From contig RFTO01000001.1 of NCBI GenBank assembly GCA_009923375.1, positions 1-38,400 of the forward strand: 38,400 nt of DNA, given 5' to 3'. The position numbers and the translations under genes are program-made. Source of the DNA: Actinomycetota bacterium (GTDB lineage: Bacteria; Actinomycetota; Actinomycetes; S36-B12; UBA5976). The notes beneath the pieces are model-generated. The model had not been told where the DNA came from and did not search any database. It saw nothing but the letters and a program-made list of their open reading frames with translations. Below, piece by piece: positions 1 to 8,988 of this stretch. Each line of letters opens with the position of its first letter. Positions within the stretch are counted from its first letter, which is position 1.

Positions 1-885
1 TAATAGCGACGCGGTGGGGATCGCCGCTGCTTTCTTCATGGTCCACGTCGAGATGTAGCCGAGATCGTGCATGCGTCGAAGTACGACTCCACGACGGTGT
101 TGCGACGACTTCGGATTCAAGATCGGGTCGTATTGAACCGGTGATTGCACGATTCCCGCGAGGGTCGCCGCCTCCGCTACATTCAAGTCAGCTGAAGGCT
201 TGGAGAAATAGCGACGTGACGCCGCTTCGATTCCATAAGACTTTGAGCCGAAGAAGGCGATGTTGAGGTAGCGCTCGAGGATCTGGTTCTTGCTGTAACG
301 GTTCTCAACAGACATCGCCAGGCGCAGCTCACGAATCTTCCGACTGAGCGTTTCAGCATGAGCGGCAGCGAGCTGCTGCGGGGTGGTGGCGCTGTTGATC
401 AGCATGTTCTTCACGTATTGCTGCGTGATCGTGGATCCACCTTGGGTGTTGCCCCCGAGCACATTGCTCAACGCTGCACGGAATGTCCCGCGCAAATCAA
501 TGCCGTGATGCTCATAAAAGCGGGAGTCCTCGATAGCGACGATTGCATGCTGCATGTTCGGCGAGATCTTTGTGATCGGCACCGAGACGCGATTTTGGAA
601 GAAGATGCTGGCAATCGGTGTGCCATCAGCAGCCAAAACCGTTGACGCCTGCTGCAGATTCGGATCGAGGATGCCAGCTGGGAGTTTGTCGAATCCCGCG
701 ACGGCATGTTTAATCGAAATGCCACCTACCGCGACGGCGGGAAGTAAGCCGACTGCTGTCACAAAACCAGCGAGCAGGCTGATTCCAAGTAACCCCCCTG
801 CAACCTTGAAGTTGCGGCCCCAGCGGGCACGCGGGGGGAGAAAGCCGAGCCACCCAGCGTCCCTCTGGTCATTTTGGGTGGTCAC
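1..885 (-). CDS. Class A penicillin-binding protein, N-terminal part (membrane anchor + GT51 transglycosylase domain); 3' end lies outside the window
   Basis: Absent from the ORF track because it is open to position 1. My minus-strand translation in the frame of GTG 885..883 gives ...GFVTAVGLLPAVAVGG (TM) ... VAIEDSRFYEHHGIDLRGTFRAALSNVLGGNTQGGSTITQQYVKN ... RKIRELRLAMSVE ... ILERYLNIAFFG. These are the EDxxFxxHxG, GxSTITQQ and RKxxE motifs of glycosyltransferase family 51. An in-frame TAG at 901..903 bounds the 5' end; the GTG 885 start is tentative. Confidence 0.85.
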   Translation of the reverse strand, partial: MTTQNDQRDAGWLGFLPPRARWGRNFKVAGGLLGISLLAGFVTAVGLLPAVAVGGISIKHAVAGFDKLPAGILDPNLQQASTVLAADGTPIASIFFQNRVSVPITKISPNMQHAIVAIEDSRFYEHHGIDLRGTFRAALSNVLGGNTQGGSTITQQYVKNMLINSATTPQQLAAAHAETLSRKIRELRLAMSVENRYSKNQILERYLNIAFFGSKSYGIEAASRRYFSKPSADLNVAEAATLAGIVQSPVQYDPILNPKSSQHRRGVVLRRMHDLGYISTWTMKKAAAIPTASLL

Positions 886-1035
886 GCCCCCAAGTATGCG
901 CTAGTGCCGCATGCATCATCTGTGTTGTCACGCATCGTTAGTTCGTGCCTGACATCTGAATGCCACTTTCCGCCACTCTTGCTCTCTCGCACGCAGAATG
1001 CATCGATGAACAAGACCGAGTTAGTAGGGGGAAGT

Positions 1036-1165
1036 ATGAGCAACATGGAATGGACACAAAGTTGGACGTCACAGGCTGCGTGCAGGGAGGGCGATCCAGA
1101 CGCATTATTCGTAACCGGCGCCGCGCCGCGCCGCCTGAGCGGTTGTTGTGTGAGAAGGTTTCGGC
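1036..1165 (+). pseudogene. WhiB/Wbl-family gene remnant (N-terminal ~30 codons only)
   Basis: ATG 1036 preceded by AGGGGGAAG (1026-1034). Product starts MSNMEWTQSWTSQAACREGDPDALFV, matching the W..AACR..DP.LF signature with the first cluster Cys. The CxxCxxxxxC block and GxWGG turn are absent in all three forward frames. The ORF then runs out of frame through the next gene to 1272. It is divergent from the PBP gene, like whiB4/ponA2 in mycobacteria. Confidence 0.45.
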
Positions 1166-1196
1166 ATGAGCCGCATTACAGATCGAATCCTGGAGC

Positions 1197-1634
1197 TTGG
1201 CTACGAACTTCCACACACAGGTTGTCCCGCCGGTGGCGTCGTATGTGCCCGCTGTTCGCAGTGGTGATTTGATCTTCACCTCTGGTCAGTTGCCGATGGT
1301 TGCGGGCCAGTTGCTCGCCACTGGCAAGGTCGGGGCCGAGGTGGATGCCGATGAGGCGAAGCTATTGGCGCAAAGGTGCGCATTGAATGCGATCGCCGCC
1401 TTGACCACAGTCATTGACGATCTTGATGATGTGGAGCAGGTGGTCAAGGTGGTCGGTTTCGTCGCCAGCGTGCCTGATTTCACCGGCCAGCCAGGTGTCA
1501 TCAACGGTGCCAGCGAGTTGCTCCAAGCAGTCTTCGGCGACGCGGGCAAGCACGCCCGTTCCGCAGTCGGTGTGCCAGTGCTTCCCTTGGATTCACCCGT
1601 TGAGGTGGAGATCATCGTTCGCGTTCGCAGCTGA
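1197..1634 (+). CDS. RidA/YjgF/UK114-family protein (Rv3678c-like); N-terminus appears frameshifted (see findings)
   Basis: ORF-track protein contains ...VASYVPAVRSGDLIFTSGQLP...VKVVGFVASVPDFTGQPGVINGASELL...ARSAVGVPVLPLDSPVEVEIIV, typical of this family. The listed start is TTG 1197. A better start (ATG 1166, SD-like AGAAGG 1152-1157) encodes the conserved MSRITDRILELGYELPHT in another frame. Confidence 0.8.
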   Translation: MATNFHTQVVPPVASYVPAVRSGDLIFTSGQLPMVAGQLLATGKVGAEVDADEAKLLAQRCALNAIAALTTVIDDLDDVEQVVKVVGFVASVPDFTGQPGVINGASELLQAVFGDAGKHARSAVGVPVLPLDSPVEVEIIVRVRS

Positions 1635-1655
1635 ACAAAGGGTTCAAGCGCTGAC

Positions 1656-1673
1656 CCCAGCGAACATGCTGGG
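1656..1673. terminator. Short hairpin between convergent ridA-like and crp genes
   Basis: CCCAGC (1656-1661) / GCTGGG (1668-1673) with a 6-nt loop, in the 55-bp convergent spacer. No U-tract. Confidence 0.3.
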
Positions 1674-1689
1674 CTGTGAATTCAGGCGC

Positions 1690-2406
1690 TCAGAGTTCTG
1701 GTTCTTGACCGCGCCGCTTGAGGCGTTCGATGTCGAGCAAGACAACGCCACGGGATTCAAGATGGATCCACTGTCTGGACGCAAAATCCGCGAGCGCTTT
1801 GTTAACGGTTTCGCGCGAGGCGCCGACGAGTCGCGCTAGCTCTTCTTGTGTGAGCTCGTGGTGGACAACATATGTGTCGCCTTCGCGCTCACCGAATCGG
1901 TCGGCCAATCTGACGAGCACCTTTGCGACGCGCCCCGGCACATCCACGAAGAACAAGTCAGCCATTTGTCGATTCGTGGCACGCAGCCGCTCCGCCAACG
2001 CCTGTAGGAGCGCCTCAGCAACAGCCGGGTGCTTCTGCAGCCAAGGGCGCAACGTGTTACGACTGAGAGCCGCCACCTTGACGTCGGTGACTGCGGTGGC
2101 GGTTGAGTTTCGGGGCCCTGGGTCAAAGAGTGAGAGCTCACCAAACATGTCGCCATCGCCGAGAACTGCAAGCAAAGCTTCGCGCCCATCCTGCGAGGTT
2201 TGCCCGAGTGTGACGCGGCCAGACAACACGATGTAGAGCCGATCGCCTGGGTCGCCTTCGTGGAAGATCACTGAGCCTTTGGTGTAATCCTTCTCCGTCA
2301 TTGAGTCGCGCAAAGCATGCGCAGTCTCGGGGTCCAGAGCAGCGAACAATGGCCGACCGAGAATCGGGTCGGCATCGGCATCTAGGAACACTGCAGGATC
2401 ACTCAT
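1690..2406 (-). CDS. crp: Crp/Fnr-family cAMP-responsive transcription regulator
   Basis: Starts at ATG 2406 ([10 protein letters not shown]...) behind GAGGGGAAG; the 345-aa ORF-track version is an upstream extension. cNMP-binding motifs FGELSLFD...RNSTATAV and C-terminal [24 protein letters not shown]. Divergent from nth as in M. tuberculosis. Confidence 0.9.
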   Translation of the reverse strand: MSDPAVFLDADADPILGRPLFAALDPETAHALRDSMTEKDYTKGSVIFHEGDPGDRLYIVLSGRVTLGQTSQDGREALLAVLGDGDMFGELSLFDPGPRNSTATAVTDVKVAALSRNTLRPWLQKHPAVAEALLQALAERLRATNRQMADLFFVDVPGRVAKVLVRLADRFGEREGDTYVVHHELTQEELARLVGASRETVNKALADFASRQWIHLESRGVVLLDIERLKRRGQEPEL

Positions 2407-2536
2407 GGACACTTCCCCTCCTCGGCGTCGCAGGTTACTCCACTCGGCGACCCCGTGGGGGCTGCGCTGCCTTAGAGTTTCGTGCGTGACAGTTGAGCGT
2501 ACGGGAGCAAAGCGGGCAGCACGTTCACCGTTGAGC

Positions 2537-3232
2537 ATGACTCTGGTCACTCGCCGTAAGCGCGCCGGGGAGATTTTCGAGCGACTCAGCGCTGAATACC
2601 CAGATGCACACTGCGAACTCGACTTCCAGAACCCGCTGCAGCTACTTGTCGCCACGATGCTCTCGGCCCAGTGCACCGACAAGCGGGTGAACTTGGTCAC
2701 CCCGGCGTTGTTCAAGCGGTATCGCACTGCGGCGGATTACGCCTCCGCATCAGCGCCGGATATTGAGGAGCGCATCAATTCCACGGGTTTCTTTCGAACC
2801 AAGGCGGCCAACATCATTGCCATGGCTCGCACGCTTTGCGATGAGTACGGCGGCGAAGTGCCAGCGGATCTGGATGCCTTGGTGACTTTGCCTGGGGTTG
2901 GGCGCAAAACGGCCAATGTGGTTCTCGGGAATGCCTTTGATGTGCCTGGTCTGACGGTGGACACCCACTTCGGCCGGTTGGTGCGCCGGTTTGGTTGGAC
3001 AGCCCAAACCGACCCGGTGAAGGTGGAGTACGAAATTGCCGACTTAATTGCAGCGCAGCAGTGGACGGACCTCTCCCACCGTCTCATCTGGCATGGCCGC
3101 CGTTGCTGTCATGCCCGCAAGCCAGCATGTGGAGCCTGTGTTTTGGCCGATGTGTGCCCATCTTTTGGGGATGGGCCCACCGACCCTGATGTCGCAGCCG
3201 CACTCCTGACCTCGACTAGTAGCGCAGCATGA
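2537..3232 (+). CDS. nth: Endonuclease III (DNA glycosylase/AP lyase)
   Basis: ATG 2537 ([17 protein letters not shown]...). HhH-GPD motif [13 protein letters not shown] and the C-x6-C-x2-C-x5-C [4Fe-4S] loop ([17 protein letters not shown]). Confidence 0.9.
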   Translation: MTLVTRRKRAGEIFERLSAEYPDAHCELDFQNPLQLLVATMLSAQCTDKRVNLVTPALFKRYRTAADYASASAPDIEERINSTGFFRTKAANIIAMARTLCDEYGGEVPADLDALVTLPGVGRKTANVVLGNAFDVPGLTVDTHFGRLVRRFGWTAQTDPVKVEYEIADLIAAQQWTDLSHRLIWHGRRCCHARKPACGACVLADVCPSFGDGPTDPDVAAALLTSTSSAA

Positions 3233-3855
3233 AAACTCTTGCGCTTGCCCTGACAGCTGCGGTGTTACTTGCGGGTTGTGGGTCCACGACCATCGATGGT
3301 GCGATTGGCCCGACCGCCCCGTTGGTCACACCTCAAGCCACGACGCCATCAGCCTCCACCGCCCGCACAGAATTCAAGGTGGCGTGCCCACTGTTCACGT
3401 CAACCACCCAAGGCGCGGATAAGTCGGCAAAGCCCTCGCCGGGATCTGTACTGCCCACCGCGCCTTTAGCATGCCTCAGCGATGGCCGCACAGTGTCGCT
3501 TGCGAGTTATCTGGGGCGACCGTTGGTCGTTCACATCTGGGCATCATGGTGCGATGTGTGTCGCTCGGAGATGCCTGCGTTCATGGATGGCATCTCTCAA
3601 CTTCCGTCCTCGGTCCGGGTGGTCGGCGTAGATTGGAAGGATGACGACAACTCCGCTCGCGCGTACGCCGCAGCGGTGAACATGTCGTTCCCGAGTGTGG
3701 TCGATTCTTCCGGAGCCTTGGGCATCCTGTGGGGCATCAACGCACAACCTGCAACTGTCCTGATCCGAGCTGATGGGTCAATCGCGCACATCCAGCGCGG
3801 CTCTATCGGCGATGCCTCGAACTTGCGCGCATTGGTGTCAAAGTACCTCTCATGA
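3229..3855 (+). CDS. TlpA/ResA-like thiol-disulfide oxidoreductase lipoprotein
   Basis: ATGA overlap with the nth stop. Lipoprotein signal [17 protein letters not shown] and thioredoxin-fold active site [11 protein letters not shown] (CxxC). Position matches Rv3673c. Confidence 0.85.
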   Translation: MKTLALALTAAVLLAGCGSTTIDGAIGPTAPLVTPQATTPSASTARTEFKVACPLFTSTTQGADKSAKPSPGSVLPTAPLACLSDGRTVSLASYLGRPLVVHIWASWCDVCRSEMPAFMDGISQLPSSVRVVGVDWKDDDNSARAYAAAVNMSFPSVVDSSGALGILWGINAQPATVLIRADGSIAHIQRGSIGDASNLRALVSKYLS

Positions 3856-5108
3856 TGTTGGGTTCCCTGTCCGTCGCAGGCAGCCAACTGGTTAGCTGGC
3901 TTGATGTTGCGCTTGCAATCGCATTAACGCTCGCCTGTATTAATGGGTGGCGGCGCGGGCTGGTGAGCAGCATCTTGTCCTTGATCGGACTGGTGGCGGG
4001 GGCTTACGCCGGCACACACGCCGCAGTGTGGGTGGTGCCTGCGATGAATGTAAGCGCGTCGGCTCGCCCTTTGATCAGCATCGGCTGCGTTCTCGTTGGC
4101 TCGATGGTGGGAAGTTCTCTCGGTAGCTGGGCTGGCAGGCGGCTGCGCAAGAGCCTCACGTGGTCTCCACTTCGGCTGGTCGACAGCGTTGGTGGAGTTG
4201 CCACTGAGGCCATCTTGCTTTGCCTTGTCTTGTGGATCATCGGTTCAGCACTAGCGGTTGTGCCGGGATCTGTGAGCCGCGAAGTGCGTAACTCGCGCGT
4301 GTTGCAAAGTGTTGATAACGGCATCGGACAGTTCTCCAATGGAGCGGCAGGGGCGATCACCACGGGGATTACCGATCAGATTGTCGGCCGGCTCGTCGAC
4401 TTATTGGATAACGCAGGCACACCTCGGGTGTTCTTCGCCCTTGGTGGCTTCTCACCGCGTGATCTGCCAGCTGTCGATCCAAGCCTCACGCGCGAGCAGA
4501 AGATCCGCACCGCCGCAGCATCCGTTGTGCGCATTTCGGGAAATGCACTGGGCTGCAATGCCACGATCAGCGGTACGGGATTCGTCTTCGGACGTGACCG
4601 CATCATGACGAATGCGCACGTGGTTGCTGGAGTCAAGCAGGCGATGATCGAGTTCCCTGGGCACGCATCGCGCCGAGCCACCGTTATCTACTTCGATCCA
4701 CGCACAGACGTCGCCGTTCTCTCCGTCTCCACCTCTGGAATTCCGTCACTGAGATTCGCCGGCAATCCCAAGCGAGCGCAGTCAGCCGTTGCCGTTGGTT
4801 ATCCCGGCGGTGGGGCTATGGCGTTGATTCCAGCCCGAGTCAGCGACGTCATCGATGCACGTGGATCTGACATCTACGGCGCCGTGAGTGTGCAGCGCCA
4901 GGTCGTAGTGCTTAAGGCGAAGGTGCGACATGGTGATTCCGGCGGACCTTTACTTGATGCGGCCGGTGACGTGCGGGCTGTGGTTTTTGCGACCAGTGTT
5001 GATGACCCTGATCTCGGCTACGCCTTAAGTGCGGAGCAAGTAAACGCCGCCCGCGCCTCCCGAAACGCCACACCGGTAGCCACTGGCCGCTGTACGACCG
5101 CGCAGTAG
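3852..5108 (+). CDS. marP: MarP-type membrane serine protease (CvpA-like TM domain + trypsin-like domain)
   Basis: Overlaps the previous stop (ATGATG). Four N-terminal TM segments followed by a chymotrypsin-fold domain with TNAHVVAG (His), DVAVL (Asp) and GDSGGPL (Ser). Confidence 0.85.
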   Translation: MMLGSLSVAGSQLVSWLDVALAIALTLACINGWRRGLVSSILSLIGLVAGAYAGTHAAVWVVPAMNVSASARPLISIGCVLVGSMVGSSLGSWAGRRLRKSLTWSPLRLVDSVGGVATEAILLCLVLWIIGSALAVVPGSVSREVRNSRVLQSVDNGIGQFSNGAAGAITTGITDQIVGRLVDLLDNAGTPRVFFALGGFSPRDLPAVDPSLTREQKIRTAAASVVRISGNALGCNATISGTGFVFGRDRIMTNAHVVAGVKQAMIEFPGHASRRATVIYFDPRTDVAVLSVSTSGIPSLRFAGNPKRAQSAVAVGYPGGGAMALIPARVSDVIDARGSDIYGAVSVQRQVVVLKAKVRHGDSGGPLLDAAGDVRAVVFATSVDDPDLGYALSAEQVNAARASRNATPVATGRCTTAQ

Positions 5109-5196
5109 CACCTCGCTTCACTGAACTTGGCGGCTGCAAGGCAGCATGAACAACGTGCTTGCTCTCGTTGTCAGTCCGCAATCGGATTGCAGCTAG

Positions 5197-5643
5197 TTAA
5201 GCGTCTGAGTCGCTTTTGGGAATCAAGTCGTTGATCGCTGCAATCGTGCGATCGGGCAGGGTGACACGTGAGAACTGAACTTTGGCGAGTAACGCTAACG
5301 TGCCAACAGCGAGTAGAACCACACCACCGACGATCAGGAAGCCAGCCCATGTTGGCAATCCGGCAGCAGCGAGGGCGTACGCCAAGCCGATAAGCAGGAA
5401 GATAGCAGCGAGCAAAATCAAGCCGATTGCAATGATGGACATTGCGATACCGATGCCTAGCGCTTTTGCGGAGGAGCGCAGTTCAGTTTTCGCCAGCTGG
5501 ATGTAAAGCGTCGCTAACTTTGATACATCAGCACCAATATTTTTTATCGTCAGCCAGACTGCCGCGAACGAACGCGGCTTCGTTGACTGCTGGTCACCGC
5601 CGGTAGGTGTGCCTTGTGCGGTGTTGCTCGCGTCGTCAGCCAT
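5197..5643 (-). CDS. Holin-X / Phage_holin_3_6-family small membrane protein
   Basis: ATG 5643 (MADDASNTAQ...). Amphipathic segment VSKLATLYIQLAKTELRSSAKAL followed by two long TM helices, the architecture of the putative actinobacterial holin-X family. No phage genes nearby. Confidence 0.7.
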   Translation of the reverse strand: MADDASNTAQGTPTGGDQQSTKPRSFAAVWLTIKNIGADVSKLATLYIQLAKTELRSSAKALGIGIAMSIIAIGLILLAAIFLLIGLAYALAAAGLPTWAGFLIVGGVVLLAVGTLALLAKVQFSRVTLPDRTIAAINDLIPKSDSDA

Positions 5644-5652
5644 GAGCAAAGG

Positions 5653-5675
5653 CTAGCGCTCCGTCAGCGCGCTAG
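5653..5675. terminator. Hairpin overlapping the nhaA stop codon
   Basis: CTAGCGC (5653-5659) / GCGCTAG (5669-5675), 9-nt loop, between nhaA and the holin-like gene. No U-tract. Confidence 0.25.
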
Positions 5676-6883
5676 GTCAGTGATTCGCGTTCGCTCGTTC
5701 CCCTCGCATATCGCGTCACGAGAACTGATAGCCCGGTAGCGCAGATCACCGCAACCACGATGCCCATCTTCGAATCTGCCACTCGGCTCTCACTCCAGGG
5801 GTAGGCGATGCTGGTGACAAGAAGAGCCACGGTGAATCCCATAGCGGCCAGGCTGGATGCCACGGCAACATCCACCCATCGAAGAGATTCGTGGATCTCC
5901 CCGAAGCGCGCCTTAACTGCCAGCCACGTGCCGAGGAACACCCCGCTGGGTTGACCGATAACCAGTCCGCAGATGATGGCGATGGCTAAGGGAGATCCGA
6001 GATGCGAAACAGTGTCCGTGCCGCGGACATCGATTCCCGCTGCGAAGAATGCGAATAGCGGCACCGCGACCGCAGCAACCACCGGGCGAAGCCAATGCTC
6101 AAGCAACTCAACGCCGGAGCGCGGGTTGCGCTCCACGCGCGTGGCTTTCGTCGCCAGTCCCAAGGCCATCCCGGCCACAGTCGCATGGACACCGCTGGCA
6201 TGCATGAAGTACCACGCGAGTAGGAACACCGGGGCGTAAGCAAGAAGGCTGCGCACGCCGAGTTGCTGCATTACCCACCACAGCGCAATGAAGACCAGTG
6301 CTGCTGCGAGGGCGAGAACACGGAAGTCGCTGGCGAAGAGTGCGCCGATAATCAGGATTGATCCAAGATCGTTGATCACCGCGACACTGAGCAGAAGCAC
6401 TCGGATTGCAGGTGCGGTGCCTCGCCCGATGATCGCGAGAATCGCCAAAGCAAAAGCGATATCCGTGGATGTGGGGATCGCCCAACCATGTCGGTCGAGA
6501 TGGTCCCCGCCCATCAACGAGGTCGTGGCGAGAAACACCAGTGCGGACATCACCATGCCGCCAACGGCTCCAGATAACGGCGCCAACGCGCGCTTGCGGG
6601 AACTGAGGGAGCCAAGTACAAGTTCGTGCTTCAACTCGGCGCCGGCGATCAGGAAGAAGAACGCCAAGAGGAAGTCGGCGGCCCACTGTGCCACCGTCAT
6701 GGACAAATGCACCTGCGGAATTGAAAGTGTGCGCATCGCGGTGCGGTTATAAAAATCAGCAGCCGGTGAGTTCGCAAAGATGATGGCGAGCACGGCGGCA
6801 CAAATCATCAAGCCGCCGCCGACGGTCTCATCTCGCAGAAAGCGGCTTAACCAACGCTGCTCACTGGTGCTCGCACCCGACAT
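5672..6883 (-). CDS. nhaA: NhaA-family Na+/H+ antiporter homologue with non-canonical core residues
   Basis: 403-aa ORF that aligns by eye with E. coli NhaA: GWAIPTSTDIAFAL, AVPLFAFFAAGI, MGFTVALLV. TM5 reads VINDLGS instead of IIDDLGA, and TM10 reads IGQPSG instead of IGKPLG. Confidence 0.9.
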   Translation of the reverse strand: MSGASTSEQRWLSRFLRDETVGGGLMICAAVLAIIFANSPAADFYNRTAMRTLSIPQVHLSMTVAQWAADFLLAFFFLIAGAELKHELVLGSLSSRKRALAPLSGAVGGMVMSALVFLATTSLMGGDHLDRHGWAIPTSTDIAFALAILAIIGRGTAPAIRVLLLSVAVINDLGSILIIGALFASDFRVLALAAALVFIALWWVMQQLGVRSLLAYAPVFLLAWYFMHASGVHATVAGMALGLATKATRVERNPRSGVELLEHWLRPVVAAVAVPLFAFFAAGIDVRGTDTVSHLGSPLAIAIICGLVIGQPSGVFLGTWLAVKARFGEIHESLRWVDVAVASSLAAMGFTVALLVTSIAYPWSESRVADSKMGIVVAVICATGLSVLVTRYARGTSERESLT

Positions 6884-6884
6884 G

Positions 6885-8840
6885 TCAATCCTGCTCGGTT
6901 CCGGCAGCCATGCCGTCGCTGATCAACATCATCACGGCAGGGTCAGCCAGTGTCGTAACGTCGCCAAGGTGGCGGTTCTCAGCCACATCGCGCAGGAGCC
7001 GCCGCATGATTTTTCCCGAGCGCGTCTTTGGGAGCTCGTTGACCACCAGAATCTTCTTGGGCTTGGCAATCGCGCCAATCTCAGTGGCGACATGCGCACG
7101 AAGCTCGGTTGCGACATCAGTAGGGATGTCCGCCCCGCTGCGCAGAATGACGAAAGCCACGATGGCTTGCCCGGTGGTCTCATCATTGGCGCCGACCACA
7201 GCAGCCTCGGCCACCGCGGGGTGCGCGACAAGTGCCGACTCCACTTCGGTAGTGGAGATGCGATGACCGGAAACATTCATCACATCATCCACTCTGCCGA
7301 GTAGCCACAGATCGCCGTCGTCGTCGAGCTTCGCCCCATCGCCGGCGAAGTAGAACTGCGACCAACGTGACCAGTAGGTGTCGACATACCTCTGGTTATC
7401 GCCCCAGATGCCTCGCAACATAGACGGCCAAGGTTCGGTAAGCACGAGGTAACCACCACCACCGTTACTCACAGGCTCTCCGTGGTCACTGACCACTTCT
7501 GCACCGATACCAGGAAGCGCGCGCATCGCGGAGCCCGGTTTCGCTGCGGTGACTCCAGGCAGTGGCGAGATCATGATCGCACCAGTCTCCGTCTGCCACC
7601 AGGTGTCCACCACGGGGCAGTTGTCATGGCCGATGTTGTGGCGATACCACATCCACGCCTCGGGGTTTATCGGTTCACCGACCGATCCAAGCAATCTCAG
7701 ACTGCGCAACGAGAAGCCCGCAGGAATCTCGTCACCCCACTTCATGAATGTTCGGATTGCAGTGGGCGCGGTGTAGAGGATTGACACCTTGTACTTATCG
7801 ATGATCTCCCACCACCGGCCCTGATGCGGTGTGTCCGGGGTGCCTTCGTAAATCACCTGCGTTGAACCATTGGCCAGTGGGCCGTAGACGACGTACGAAT
7901 GCCCTGTCACCCAGCCGATATCAGCAGTGCACCAATAAACATCCGTCTCCGGCTTTAGGTCGAACACCGCGTGGTGGGTGTAAGCCGCCTGGGTGAGGTA
8001 CCCGCCAGAGGTGTGCAGGATTCCTTTGGGTTTGCCCGTGGTGCCGGAGGTGTAGAGGATGAAGAGTGGGTGTTCGCTGTCGAAGGACGCAGGGGTGTGG
8101 GTTATTGGCTGCCGATCGACGACGTCGTGCCACCACACGTCCAGATCTGTGAGGGCGACATCCTGTCCGGTGCGCTTCACCACAAGGACATGTTTGACAG
8201 TGGGACAGTTCGCAACAGCCTCATCAACCGCGGGCTTTAGGGCCGTGGCAGCCCCTCGGCGGTAGCCCCCATCGGCAGTGATGACAAGGGATGCCTGTGC
8301 GTCGTCAATCCGGCTGCGCAGTGCCTCGGCGGAGAAGCCCCCAAACACGACGGAGTGCACTGCTCCAATGCGGGCGCATGCCAACATGGCGACAACTGCT
8401 GACGGAATCATCGGCAAGTAAATCGCCACCCGATCACCGGCGCCGATGCCGAGCTCGGTCAAGGCGTTTGCAGCCTGGCTCACGCGGGCAAGTAACTCGG
8501 CGTAAGAGATCTGCTCGGTGTCCCCGGGCTCACCTTCGAAGTGGATCGCGATTCGCTCGCCATTGCCTGCGGCAACATGCCGATCGAGACAGGAAACTGT
8601 GACATTAAGAGTGCCGCCGACAAACCAGGAGGCAAAAGGTGCCTGACTCCAATCGAGCGTCTGTCGCCATGGCGTCTCCCACTGAAGGCGGCGAGCTTGC
8701 TCATCCCAGAAGCCGAGTCGATCTGTTGCTGCCTGCGCATAAGCAGCGCCAGTCACATTCGCCTGCGCCGAGAAATCCCCACTCGGTGAAAAGCGGCGGT
8801 GCTCGTCGAGCAGGTTTTCCAACGTTGGGTCGGTGGACAT
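6885..8840 (-). CDS. acs: Acetyl-CoA synthetase (AMP-forming)
   Basis: ATG 8840 behind GGAGG (MSTDPTLENLLDEHRRF...). AMP-binding motif YTSGTTGKPKG and the C-terminal SGKIMRR Lys motif. The 701-aa ORF-track version is an upstream extension. Confidence 0.92.
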   Translation of the reverse strand: MSTDPTLENLLDEHRRFSPSGDFSAQANVTGAAYAQAATDRLGFWDEQARRLQWETPWRQTLDWSQAPFASWFVGGTLNVTVSCLDRHVAAGNGERIAIHFEGEPGDTEQISYAELLARVSQAANALTELGIGAGDRVAIYLPMIPSAVVAMLACARIGAVHSVVFGGFSAEALRSRIDDAQASLVITADGGYRRGAATALKPAVDEAVANCPTVKHVLVVKRTGQDVALTDLDVWWHDVVDRQPITHTPASFDSEHPLFILYTSGTTGKPKGILHTSGGYLTQAAYTHHAVFDLKPETDVYWCTADIGWVTGHSYVVYGPLANGSTQVIYEGTPDTPHQGRWWEIIDKYKVSILYTAPTAIRTFMKWGDEIPAGFSLRSLRLLGSVGEPINPEAWMWYRHNIGHDNCPVVDTWWQTETGAIMISPLPGVTAAKPGSAMRALPGIGAEVVSDHGEPVSNGGGGYLVLTEPWPSMLRGIWGDNQRYVDTYWSRWSQFYFAGDGAKLDDDGDLWLLGRVDDVMNVSGHRISTTEVESALVAHPAVAEAAVVGANDETTGQAIVAFVILRSGADIPTDVATELRAHVATEIGAIAKPKKILVVNELPKTRSGKIMRRLLRDVAENRHLGDVTTLADPAVMMLISDGMAAGTEQD

Positions 8841-8988
8841 TGGCTGCCTCCATCGAAACGTGGGCCGGCGCGCATTCGAGTTTCGGCCAGATGATGCATG
8901 GCCGTTCCCGATGTCCCACCGGTGTTGGTCTGCGGCGACCTGGGTGCCGCGGCGGTATTGCGAGCCTAGTGCGGCAAGGATGTGCCAC

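Noticed and set aside
874-1272. 132-aa ORF (and overlapping 960-1169 and 938-1279 ORFs) as an intact protein
   Set aside because: Only residues around MEWTQSWTSQAACREGDPDALFV look like a real family (WhiB). The rest is Arg-rich and overlaps the well-supported ridA-like gene out of frame. Treated as a remnant instead.
2407-2536. Crp operator (TGTGA-N6-TCACA) in the crp-nth divergent spacer
   Set aside because: I could find only weak partial dyads (for example CGTGCGTGACAGTTGAGCGTACG) and none matching both half-sites. Not reported as a site.
1690-2727. Long N-terminal extensions in ORF-track entries for crp (2727), nth (2405), acs (8990), Fic-like (8833), ssd-like (10890), tadC (13425), hppA (15445), hydrolase (22449), folP (32414), folB (33324) and folK (33713)
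   Set aside because: The extensions overlap upstream genes or divergent promoters and lack homology-like sequence. Internal ATG/GTG codons with SD-like sequences or start/stop overlaps give products that begin where the conserved families begin.
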